Of a stretch of 64,000 nucleotides of DNA, positions 1 through 9,018 are shown piece by piece. Below the pieces are notes generated by a model. It saw only the letters and a program-made list of their open reading frames with translations, was not told the origin of the DNA and searched no databases. The stretch is from Candidatus Obscuribacteraceae bacterium. Lineage in GTDB: Bacteria > Cyanobacteriota > Vampirovibrionia > Obscuribacterales > Obscuribacteraceae. The position numbers and the translations under genes are program-made. The stretch covers positions 96,001 to 160,000 of the forward strand of contig JBGAHS010000003.1 of NCBI GenBank assembly GCA_044226015.1, given 5' to 3'. Within the stretch, counting starts at the first letter, position 1; every line of letters begins with the position of its first letter.

Positions 1-1
1 T

Positions 2-949
2 CTGCATAACTTCATGCAAAGCCCAGACGGAACGTTCTACACAAGCCAGGACGCCGATGTTAAACAAGGAGAGCACAGCGGAGAGTATTTCAAGCTCAAC
101 GATGCAGCACGCCGAAAAATCGGAATTCCCCGCATTGATAAGAACATCTACTCTCGTGAGAATGGCTGGGCCATAGCCGGTCTTACCGCACTCTACATGG
201 CTAGCGGTTCACAAAAGTATCTTGATGACGCAATCAAAGCAACCGATTGGATAACAAAAAATCGCTCGCTGCCCGGTGGCGGATTCATGCACGGTCCCTC
301 GGATAAATCAGGACCATACCTGGGCGACACGCTGCGCATGGGCGAAGCTTACATGAGCCTCTATCAAGCAACAGCCAATAGAGAGTGGCTCAAGAAAGCA
401 GAAGATGCAGCCAACTTCATCAATTCTCACTTTAAAGACGATAAGAGCAAAGCAGGTTTTCTTACAGCAGATCCCTCGCACTCTCCGATGCACCGCCCAG
501 CAGCCTTGCTTGACGAGAACGTGGCCATGGTCAAATTCACTAACATGTTATTTCACTACTCGGCGAAAAAAGAGTATAAGGAAATGGCAGAACGAAGCAT
601 GCGCTACCTAGCAACACCAGAAATTGCACATGAGAGAAAAATGCTTGTAGGTGGCGTTCTGCTAGCCGACCGCGAGCTAGCCAGCCCGCCGGCTCATATA
701 ACGATTGTAGGTAGCAAGAAAGACCCCGCTGCAAAAGCGCTCTTCCAGGGAGCAAACAAATATCCCGTAGCGTACAAAAGAGTCGAATGGTTCGACCCTA
801 AAGAAGGCAAGATGCCAAACCCAGATACAGACTACCCTGAAATGCCAAAGGCAGCCGCTTTTGCTTGCGCAAATCAGCGTTGCTCTCTGCCCGTCTACAC
901 GCCAGATGCAATTGCTGCACAAGTAGATAAAACAATGAACACAAAATGA
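2..949 (+). CDS. Thioredoxin-domain DUF255/YyaL (SSP411-like) protein, C-terminal part (5' truncated by window edge)
   Basis: Frame is open from position 2. Motifs GTFYTSQDAD, P.IDK.I...NGW.I.GL, YL.D...M, and C-terminal AFACANQRCSLPV match the YyaL family. Confidence 0.85.
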   Translation: MHNFMQSPDGTFYTSQDADVKQGEHSGEYFKLNDAARRKIGIPRIDKNIYSRENGWAIAGLTALYMASGSQKYLDDAIKATDWITKNRSLPGGGFMHGPSDKSGPYLGDTLRMGEAYMSLYQATANREWLKKAEDAANFINSHFKDDKSKAGFLTADPSHSPMHRPAALLDENVAMVKFTNMLFHYSAKKEYKEMAERSMRYLATPEIAHERKMLVGGVLLADRELASPPAHITIVGSKKDPAAKALFQGANKYPVAYKRVEWFDPKEGKMPNPDTDYPEMPKAAAFACANQRCSLPVYTPDAIAAQVDKTMNTK

Positions 950-964
950 GGAAGAAGAATTAAA

Positions 965-1204
965 ATGACAGAACCAGTAATTGCAGATCGCAAGCCTTGC
1001 ATTCTGGACCTGAAAGCAGGAACATACTGGTGGTGCAAATGTGGAAGATCCGCTTCGCAACCGTGGTGCGATGGTTCACATGAAGGCACAGAGTTCGAAC
1101 CAGTAAAGGTTGAACTGATAAAGGATTCCCGTTTAGCTCTCTGCTTGTGCAAATATACTAAGCATGAACCTAACTGCGATGGACAACACTCAAAACTTCC
1201 TTAA
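965..1204 (+). CDS. CDGSH iron-sulfur domain protein with two CDGSH motifs (MiNT/CISD3-like)
   Basis: WCKCGRSASQPWCDGSH and LCLCKYTKHEPNCDGQH; purine-rich RBS (gaggaagaag) upstream. Confidence 0.95.
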   Translation: MTEPVIADRKPCILDLKAGTYWWCKCGRSASQPWCDGSHEGTEFEPVKVELIKDSRLALCLCKYTKHEPNCDGQHSKLP

Positions 1205-2054
1205 AAGCCTGTTTCTAGGAACAAGCCTGGCACTTCTGTCCATAACTTTTCTGGCGCCAGACAGCCTTGCCTTCGACCAGAAACACACTCTATTTACTTC
1301 TCAGCTACAAAAATTCGTTAAAGCAAACGGCGACATCGATTACGCAAAATGGAAAAAAGACAGAGCAGGACTGGACAAATACCTTCAGGAACTATCCGAG
1401 CTTCCCGAAGCAGAATACAAAACTTTCTCCAAGAAAGAGAAGCGCTCTCTCTGGCTAAATGCTTACAACGCTCTTGCCATCAAATTGGTTCTAGACCATT
1501 ACCCAATTCATGGCAGCATCAAAAACTACCCCAGCAACAGCATTCGCCAGATTCCCAACACCTGGGATGCTGTTAAATATAGGATCGTCGGGCGAGAAGC
1601 GTCGCTCTACACCATAGAACATGAGTATCTCCGTAAAGCAAAAGATTGCCGCATCCACTTTGCTGTCACTCCAGCATCTCATGGCGGCGCGCCCCTGCCA
1701 AGAAAAGCCTTTAATGCTCGCTCTGTAGACGACGAACTTGCGAAATTAACTCAACAGTTCATGGCGAAACCAGAAAATCTAAGTTGCGATATTGAGAAAG
1801 GCACAATCACCGTCTCTCAAATCTTTAAGTGGTTCCCCCTCGATTTCATCGATGGCACTGGACCCCTGCCGATGCCTCCGCCACCCGATGATGATGTTGT
1901 AAAAACCTATGTGATGAACTTCCTTCCCCCTCGCTCGCGCAAACAGCTGGAAGGAAAAGATGTACACATAATCTATGCACCGTATGACTGGTCTTTGAAC
2001 GATACAAACAAGTCCGCCGAAAGCCCCAGAGAATCAGCCCCGGACTATCTGTAA
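1164..2054 (+). CDS. Exported DUF547 domain protein
   Basis: Signal peptide; G.IDY..W, WLNAYNALAI, IEHE.LR..D.RIHFA, SQIFKWF..DF and YDWSLND motifs. The start may be the ATG at 1179. Confidence 0.88.
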   Translation: MNLTAMDNTQNFLKSLFLGTSLALLSITFLAPDSLAFDQKHTLFTSQLQKFVKANGDIDYAKWKKDRAGLDKYLQELSELPEAEYKTFSKKEKRSLWLNAYNALAIKLVLDHYPIHGSIKNYPSNSIRQIPNTWDAVKYRIVGREASLYTIEHEYLRKAKDCRIHFAVTPASHGGAPLPRKAFNARSVDDELAKLTQQFMAKPENLSCDIEKGTITVSQIFKWFPLDFIDGTGPLPMPPPPDDDVVKTYVMNFLPPRSRKQLEGKDVHIIYAPYDWSLNDTNKSAESPRESAPDYL

Positions 2055-2100
2055 ATTCAACTTAGTGTGAATCAAACAAATCGAAGCGGAACAACTCAGC

Positions 2101-3255
2101 TCACTCTTGCGGCGGCTCTTGATTGGCAGCATCAGCCTTCCTCGTAAGCGCTTCAATGATGAAATTAGTGGCAAGCACTTGTCTCAAACTTATGCCCCCT
2201 CCCGGCGTTGGGTCAGGCAGCATCTGCGGCTTGAAGGAATTTGAACAGTTGTCGAAATGCCCAACAAGATGCAACACTTTGCCGCGCCCAAAGGAGAATT
2301 CGACAGCCAGCGCTCCAGCTAACATGGGGTCAGGCAAGACTCGCAATTGCGGATCTTGCCGCGACAGATGAGCGCTTCGCGCAATTAAATGCACCTTGTC
2401 TTGCCGCAGAATTCGCACACACTGGCTCAGCTTGTCCAACTTCCAGGTGAACATTCGTCCGTTTAATCCACGCAATAATCCAGAGTCAGGCTCAACGATG
2501 AAAGCATCAGTTATTACCCCCTCAGTGTTATCACGGTTCCACTGCACATAGCCTGGAAAACACTGTTCCAAAACATTTTGCAGCCCCCAATCAGTGGTAA
2601 GTAAATAGCCACCTCTGGCTACAAAATCACGAACTTTTTGAAAGCTAGTTCTAGGTATTTCGCCAGCACAATCGATGATCAACACTTTCGCTTTGTCAAA
2701 AGGAAATTCGCTCATTTCCTTCGTCTTAATAGCTTTGTACTTGAGCCCTAACGAATGCAACGGCTTGTCGGAATCATCCCATTGCCCATGTATCAGGAGA
2801 ATGGAATCGGAATTATTCTCTGCAGATAACAAAAAACCAGGATTATTTGTCTCAACGAAAGCCTTAAATACAGCTGGCTGCACAATCTGATTGACCACAG
2901 CCTTTTGCAGAAAGAACCGCGCATCAGCCTCAAGCCGCTGCACCTCCATACTTCTTGCAGCAGTCGCCGCCGCAAGCGAAGACGAAGTCTGCGCTGGTCG
3001 AGTATGAACAGCTGTCGCACTTCCCTGCAAGATTGGACGGCTCGCGCCCTGCCCGCCATCTTCTTTAGGCATGATGATATGGTCTGCCTGTGAATCATCC
3101 AGAATAACAGTGTTTTGCCCGTGACCTGGAACTGCTTTGGGCGCAGGTTTGTCTTCTTCCCAATCTGAAGCCACACCGCTCGTAAATGGCACAAGAGCCA
3201 AAAGCAATGAAACAAGAACTGTGTTTCTCTTTAGCACACTCACCAGAGACGCCAT
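2101..3255 (-). CDS. Exported hypothetical protein, probable class I glutamine-amidotransferase-like fold in the C-terminal part
   Basis: 384-aa ORF with signal peptide; G.WD....L..LG, VLIIDCAG, RDFVARGGYLLTTDW and FGRGKVLHLVGHF pattern. Confidence 0.6.
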   Translation of the reverse strand: MASLVSVLKRNTVLVSLLLALVPFTSGVASDWEEDKPAPKAVPGHGQNTVILDDSQADHIIMPKEDGGQGASRPILQGSATAVHTRPAQTSSSLAAATAARSMEVQRLEADARFFLQKAVVNQIVQPAVFKAFVETNNPGFLLSAENNSDSILLIHGQWDDSDKPLHSLGLKYKAIKTKEMSEFPFDKAKVLIIDCAGEIPRTSFQKVRDFVARGGYLLTTDWGLQNVLEQCFPGYVQWNRDNTEGVITDAFIVEPDSGLLRGLNGRMFTWKLDKLSQCVRILRQDKVHLIARSAHLSRQDPQLRVLPDPMLAGALAVEFSFGRGKVLHLVGHFDNCSNSFKPQMLPDPTPGGGISLRQVLATNFIIEALTRKADAANQEPPQE

Positions 3256-3273
3256 AGACTTCGATCTGTTCCA

Positions 3274-4635
3274 TTATATGGCAACGAGATCAACTCTCGG
3301 AAAACGGGGTTGCTCGACATAAGTCGGCGAATTGCCGGCACTATTCTGAACAGTGCTAAAGAACTGCCTGGCTAAATTCAGGTCGCTTGGTTTCTCTGAA
3401 AATACATGCGCTAATGCCAATCTTCCTGGAACCAGGAAAATGGAACTGAACCTCGATGCTCTTCCTTTTTCAGGGTCACCCTGAGTCATGAATGTTCGTC
3501 TCCAAATTTTTCCTGTCGTATCCTCATCCACGAACGTGCCAATATTGGCTTGCAATTCGTCGAGCTCTAGCACAGCTTCAGCAACAGGCATGATATTGCC
3601 TGCACTGTCACCATAGGTAGGATACGTGGTGAACCAGATCATCATGTCTTCGCCAGCAAACTGCCAGGTATGATTTCTGGTCTGAGGGTCGAACTGCGCT
3701 GTCTCGGAGAAATTACCGGGCACGAGAGCAGACCAGCCCTGGTCCATGAAAGCACGAACTTCACGTCTTCTATAACCAATCGGCTCACTGGCTGCGGTGC
3801 TGCTTGCCTTCTCGAAAACCATATTCCGCAACTCGTCATCAGCATTCGAAAACGCAATAATTTCAGCCCATTCCCGCCACGGATAATTGAGCTTAGGGTC
3901 CAATTTGTAAGAAGCCGAAAGTAGCTGCATTACTGTGTTAAGCAGCGATGCGTCACCATCACCCATCGGCGGACACCAGCGGACATCAGTCCACATGTAA
4001 GAAAGCGCTTTGTTCAGGAGAAACTCCGGACCAACTCCTGCGTTCAGCCAGGGGAACACGTCCGCACCTGCCCCAGGGTTTTTAATTACTTCAGCGATCC
4101 AGCTTGCACTTCGTGGACCCATAGGGGTGATAAGCGGAGCATCCGCAAAAAACTGATAAGACGGAGACATCGAAAGTGAATAGGACCCAGGCGTCTGTCC
4201 CGACATCATTGCTGCACTCGATGCCATCGATTGCAACCAAGAAAACATTTCATAGTAAGTTTGCTCAGGGTCTCCCGAGTAGAAAGTCGGGTTGGTGTGC
4301 CCATCGTCCACCTCAGGGTCCCAAGCAATGCCAAACTTACCAGCGAGCTTCCAGAGATAGTCACAAAGAAAGAGATGGTAGCCAGGACCCGCACTAACAG
4401 TGTCAGCACCAACGCCAACTGAATTGCTTTCAAAAAACCAAATTTTTAGTGGGTCTGCCGCAGGGTGAAACCGCAAGAGGACTCTTGGAAATTCATCACT
4501 TGGACTCTGCCCAAGAACTGCCCCAATTGCCATACCCGGGAACTGCTGTGAAGTCCACTCCCAGACATCATTGAACCATGATTCCAGTTCAGCTGCAGCC
4601 GCAAGCTTGCCAGTGAGATTCAGTCCAACGCCCAT
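3274..4635 (-). CDS. Hypothetical protein (453 aa, Trp-rich, cytoplasmic)
   Basis: Long ORF with strong RBS (ggaggag); no family recognised. Confidence 0.75.
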   Translation of the reverse strand: MGVGLNLTGKLAAAAELESWFNDVWEWTSQQFPGMAIGAVLGQSPSDEFPRVLLRFHPAADPLKIWFFESNSVGVGADTVSAGPGYHLFLCDYLWKLAGKFGIAWDPEVDDGHTNPTFYSGDPEQTYYEMFSWLQSMASSAAMMSGQTPGSYSLSMSPSYQFFADAPLITPMGPRSASWIAEVIKNPGAGADVFPWLNAGVGPEFLLNKALSYMWTDVRWCPPMGDGDASLLNTVMQLLSASYKLDPKLNYPWREWAEIIAFSNADDELRNMVFEKASSTAASEPIGYRRREVRAFMDQGWSALVPGNFSETAQFDPQTRNHTWQFAGEDMMIWFTTYPTYGDSAGNIMPVAEAVLELDELQANIGTFVDEDTTGKIWRRTFMTQGDPEKGRASRFSSIFLVPGRLALAHVFSEKPSDLNLARQFFSTVQNSAGNSPTYVEQPRFPRVDLVAI

Positions 4636-4706
4636 GAGTGATCTCCTCCCGTGCCGGGCAGATCATACCTCAATCTGAGCGCTGATTTCTATTTGTCGCC
4701 AAGAGT

Positions 4707-4949
4707 TCAGGAAATTTTGCGCTTCTTGTTTCTTGCGTCCACTGGCTCTGTAGCATTAATCGCCCTTTTCAAGGCTGTAAGCGCATGAAGGTTCGGCCAG
4801 ATTACATCCTTCATTTCATCAAGCTCATAGCGACCTATCTCCGAACGTTCATATCGGCGGCAACAATCTTCCCAGAGTTCAAACAACTTTTTGGGATCAG
4901 CTAATTCTCGAGCTCGTTGCTGAAACTCTATCAGGTCAAAGGCTTCCAT
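4707..4949 (-). CDS. Small hypothetical helical protein (80 aa)
   Basis: RBS ggagg 7 nt upstream of the ATG; protein-like composition; co-oriented with the two downstream genes. Confidence 0.7.
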   Translation of the reverse strand: MEAFDLIEFQQRARELADPKKLFELWEDCCRRYERSEIGRYELDEMKDVIWPNLHALTALKRAINATEPVDARNKKRKIS

Positions 4950-5399
4950 CGCCGGTCCTCCCTTTGCGCATCATCTTTAAGAATGGGGTTTTACTTTTAT
5001 CTTGTCAAATCCCTAAACCGATTCAGCACGTATTCAAAGGATGTAGACCTAACGTAGTGAAGAATAAAGCCGAGTTGTCTAAGTTTATTCGTCACCCATA
5101 TCTCCATGTTAACCAAAACTGAAATAGCGTCAATAGATCCTGACGCATCCAGGCATCTACCCAAAGCCTGAAAACACCTACAATACCTTGACTTCCGGAC
5201 GCAACAGGTCCGCAAAACTATTTTTTTGGGCCCCATGAAAAACACCGGATGTGGAGGCACTAGCTTTGGCGCAATGCAACCATAGGTGGTGAAACCATTT
5301 TATCCGCACTGCAGAAAGAGGGTCACAAATGAAACCACCAATCTTGCTCTAGGGCAATTTAATCGGATAGTCTTTCCGCTCTTGAGGAGCAACAAGATA

Positions 5400-5669
5400 A
5401 TGCCTGACGCAATTCGGATCAGAAAAGCCACCGCTACCGATGTTCCTGGCATTGTTGAAGTTTTCAGACTTTCAAGAGAGCTTTTGGACTTTCTGCCACC
5501 CCTACATTCCGAAGAGGAGGACAGAAGTTTTTTCACTTCGCAAACAGCAGAACATCAAGTATTTCTGGCAGATAGTCCCAAAAGTCTTTTAGTCGGCTTC
5601 ATCGTGTTCGACGAGGAATGGGTGCATCATTTGTATGTGTTGCCAGCTTGCCACAAACAGGGCGTAGGT
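5400..5669 (+). pseudogene. GNAT acetyltransferase fragment; homology stops right after motif A
   Basis: IRKATATDVPGI...FLPPLHSEEED...LVGFIVFDEEWVHHLYVLPACHKQGVG is typical GNAT. The expected C-terminal LW.F..N..A..FY...GF is absent from the forward frames I read; the ORF runs on into unrelated sequence to 6080. Confidence 0.6.
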
Positions 5670-5864
5670 AATCACACGAGATTCTTCAATCGCACCCTGA
5701 GGCAGTCACACAGGGGATCTGCCAAGCCGCGTGCCGCAGGCATTTCAAAGCGCGAGAGAAAGATGGGATTTATTTCACAAACGATCGTGTCAAATACAAG
5801 AATCGATCGGATAGTTACCTTAGGAAAGTTTGGAAGGGCAATCAAACTACCGAGGGGTGAAGGT

Positions 5865-6080
5865 ATGAACGCAGTTGTAAGCCAGGCAAAAAGCATTTTG
5901 GGACGCTTGTCAAAACGACACAGCATCGCCACCCCAGCAAAGCAAACACACAATCAATATGCTTGCGTCGACTCGAATTCGAAATTCAACAAGTACTATT
6001 TGGAAAAGATTGCCATGCTCTCCGAGACCTCAAACAAGCCTAAACTGGAGACTATGATCAGTTTCAGCGCCCACGACTAA
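5865..6080 (+). CDS. Possible small hypothetical protein (71 aa), nested in-frame at the end of the GNAT ORF
   Basis: ATG at 5865 preceded by gaggggtgaaggt; followed by an intrinsic terminator. Confidence 0.4.
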   Translation: MNAVVSQAKSILGRLSKRHSIATPAKQTHNQYACVDSNSKFNKYYLEKIAMLSETSNKPKLETMISFSAHD

Positions 6081-6097
6081 GTTTATCTGAATGGCTC

Positions 6098-6135
6098 AAA
6101 GAAAGCGTCACCGGCAACGGTGACGTTTTCTTTTT
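6098..6135. terminator. Bidirectional intrinsic terminator
   Basis: aaagaaagcgtcaccg-gcaa-cggtgacgttttcttttt between convergent genes. Confidence 0.85.
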
Positions 6136-6140
6136 AAACA

Positions 6141-7922
6141 CTAGAAGGTAATGTTCATGCGCGCACCGGCTACGAAAATTCCCGGCTGCGGTCGAACACC
6201 GCCTGGCGACCAGATGTACTGAAAGTCAGGAGAGAAAGACACATTCTTGTTCATTTGCATCTTGTAGTAAACTTCGAGAGTCTTCTCGCCAGTCGCAGCG
6301 TTACCTGGCAACATTTTTGCCAGATTACTGTTCACCTGACTGAGCGTGGTTGCTGGAACTCCGTTGAGTCCCAAGAAAGCAGGGGTAGCAGGCGTGACCA
6401 AGCCGTCCCTGCGATAAGAAGCGATGCTTCCGAACGCAATGCCCAAAGTGTCATTGGGTCGCTTTTTGATGATGGACTTCATAGGAATTTCAGCACCAAT
6501 AGACCAGGCTTGGCGGGACGAAAGTAAACCGCCAAGGAAAACTTCTCCGAACTGCTGGTCATTTATGCCATAGCGACCAAAGATTCCAATGTCTTTCCAA
6601 ATTTTCTGGTCAAAATTTAGATACATTCCGGTTGGCTTGCCTCCGTATCCAGTACCGCCTGGAAGAATAGACAAGAGCCCGGCGGGGTTGATGTCCGTCG
6701 GAGTGGCAAAGGGTTGAGTAGAGCCAGAGCGAAAATTAAATTGCCAGAACCCGGCTCTAAAATTCCCCTCTCTCTTGAAGAAGCTATGCCCAAACTGCAA
6801 TTCATGGTTGGTACCATAGCCGCCGAAAAAGTCTCTGTCAGCCAAACTTATAAGCCCGCTTGTAGCTCTAACAAAAGCTCGCTCTCTAAATAAAGACTTC
6901 TGAACTTGAAAGATGGCCGAGGGTCCAATGAAGTTTGGACGCCACGAAATGTTATTGACGAACTGAGTATTCAAAAACTGCAGGGTTTCATTATTAGCTA
7001 TTGTGTTTTGATCAAATACGTTAGCGAAGTTGTTTAGACCCACCTGATAATTTCCAGTCACAGTCTTTCCGAGACGCAAATCTTGGGAGTACCAGGCTTG
7101 CTCCATCGACACAGTAGGGCGAGTACTGTTGCTGTTATTGTTGTTGATCTGCAGATTATTGATTTGAACCTCATCAATACCCGAGTTGAATGGGCTAGCA
7201 ACTGAGTCTGTCAGTGCGTTATTCGGGCTCAGAAGATATTTGTTTCGAGGAAAGAAACGGCCTGAAGCAGCAGTTAAGCGCAAGAACAATTTTGCGTCTC
7301 CAAGAGCGGAGTCTTTCTGAGCCTCTGCAACCTTTGTCTGGAAGTTGATTCGTCCACGCATAGCCGTACCGAGCGTATCAACAATTCCACGCCCACTATC
7401 GGTTTGGGGCAAGAAGGTGAAGTCTCCATTGATTTGCGTTTTTTCGAGAACAGTGAGTCGTTCGTTAAATTCGCGCCCACGTTCCTCACTTATGGCACCA
7501 GGAATGACCGTAGGCATGTCGTTTTTCGCCACTACCATTGTCATTTTGCCTTTTACTTCTTGAACGACTTCTTCAAAGTCTGCGGTCAAGCGGCCAATTT
7601 CAACATAGTCTTGCGAGTTAATCTGATCCTTATCCTGCTTGGCCAATGCAGTCACCAGGCGCCAGAAATAGGTACCAAGTTGTTGCCTGGTAGACCCCTC
7701 TGCAGGTGGTGGAAGTTTGTGACGAGCTGAGAGACTCTCAAGATCTCGACGAACAAAATTAATATCGCGCAAGGCTATAGGAGCGGTATCAGAACCGGTG
7801 GCAGCGAGCGGCTGCTGAGTACCTTGTGCGAGAAACTGAGACATGTCGGCAGCCTTACATGAAGACGCATTCAAGCCAATCCAAGCGCATACAATGATGG
7901 CTAGAAGGGTTGAGCGGCTCAT
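6141..7922 (-). CDS. OprB-family outer-membrane porin with degenerate SLH-like/coiled-coil N-terminus (cyanobacterial porin architecture)
   Basis: Signal peptide; TRQQLG.YF..LV SLH-like helix; coiled coil; FDQNTIANNETLQFLN; C-terminal EKTLEVYYK.QMNKNVSFSPDFQYI..PGG...GARMNITF ending in Phe. Confidence 0.85.
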   Translation of the reverse strand: MSRSTLLAIIVCAWIGLNASSCKAADMSQFLAQGTQQPLAATGSDTAPIALRDINFVRRDLESLSARHKLPPPAEGSTRQQLGTYFWRLVTALAKQDKDQINSQDYVEIGRLTADFEEVVQEVKGKMTMVVAKNDMPTVIPGAISEERGREFNERLTVLEKTQINGDFTFLPQTDSGRGIVDTLGTAMRGRINFQTKVAEAQKDSALGDAKLFLRLTAASGRFFPRNKYLLSPNNALTDSVASPFNSGIDEVQINNLQINNNNSNSTRPTVSMEQAWYSQDLRLGKTVTGNYQVGLNNFANVFDQNTIANNETLQFLNTQFVNNISWRPNFIGPSAIFQVQKSLFRERAFVRATSGLISLADRDFFGGYGTNHELQFGHSFFKREGNFRAGFWQFNFRSGSTQPFATPTDINPAGLLSILPGGTGYGGKPTGMYLNFDQKIWKDIGIFGRYGINDQQFGEVFLGGLLSSRQAWSIGAEIPMKSIIKKRPNDTLGIAFGSIASYRRDGLVTPATPAFLGLNGVPATTLSQVNSNLAKMLPGNAATGEKTLEVYYKMQMNKNVSFSPDFQYIWSPGGVRPQPGIFVAGARMNITF

Positions 7923-8233
7923 AAAATTGTCTCCATACTTAAGCCACTTTTCAGGATACCGCCTTTAGTGGCATTCGTACAGTTTTTTTATCAAGACATA
8001 CATTATCTGACGCATCACATCTGGTGGCATCCTTCGCCCCAAATTGCCAAGAGCAGTTTGTGAACTTTACTCCTTGAGCACATTGCGCTAGAAACTGACA
8101 TGAGCAAAACCATTTAAGTCGCAAATAATGGGACACTCCATCCATCACAATCAATCAAAGATTGATAGACCATCGCAAACAAAAGCCTCGCAGAAGGCTG
8201 CGAGGCCGTGTGTGAGTTGAAAACCCAACGAAA

Positions 8234-8569
8234 TTAGACCGCTGCGCTACGATCATAGGAGGAGGCGGACGAAGCAGCCGCGACCGCCAAATTTCCCGCT
8301 TCCGATTGCTGAAGCTCCTGTGCTGGAACCTTAACGTTAGCAAGCAAATCTGCAAGACTCATGCTCAAACCTCGTGCAAGAAACCAGGCCGCGCCGAGTG
8401 TTAGATTACGAATACCGCGCTCAACATCACTAATGTAGGTTCGGTGAAGTCCTGAGCGCGTCGCCAATTCTTCTTGAGATAACCCAAGTTCATTACGCTT
8501 TTGCTTAATAAACTTACCGAATGCAGTTAACAACGGCTTGATTTCATGGTCCCAATTTGTGTTTTGCAT
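8234..8569 (-). CDS. XRE-family helix-turn-helix regulator (controller C-protein-like)
   Basis: FGKFIKQKRNELGLSQEELATRSGLHRTYISDVERGIRNLTL; RBS gaggtgg. Confidence 0.92.
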   Translation of the reverse strand: MQNTNWDHEIKPLLTAFGKFIKQKRNELGLSQEELATRSGLHRTYISDVERGIRNLTLGAAWFLARGLSMSLADLLANVKVPAQELQQSEAGNLAVAAASSASSYDRSAAV

Positions 8570-9018
8570 GACCCACCTCTTCCTCTTAGCGTCTTTTCAG
8601 TATAGCAGGACTTAATTCATCAGACAAAGAAATACTGTCAGGCATGTCAAGCCCGAAGCGATATCTGTGGCTTACTTGTACGCCAGTTTTTCCCATAATG
8701 AACATAATCAATTTTATCGTATAGAATTGACTCTCGTCACTATTAGTCCAAGGACCGATCTGAAGAACGTAGTACTTTGTTTATCATTTGAATTAACTTA
8801 GCACAAAACCGTATGAATAGCCAACATTTCTTCTTGAAACTTTTGGCGCAAATTAAATTATCTCAATCGCCATCTCAAAACTACGTCAGCACAAGTATTT
8901 ACAGGCAAACACTGTTTTGCTCTCTTCCGACGAAAGAAAACAAAACAAACTCAATGAAATTACAGCTCTTAGACCCCAATTATTGAGGCATGAGCAAAAA
9001 TCACAATTTCCACATCAA

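Noticed and set aside
8764..8777. LexA box (GAACGTAGTACT)
   Set aside because: The spacer is 3 nt instead of the 4 nt expected for cyanobacterial or Firmicutes-type boxes, and no SOS gene follows.
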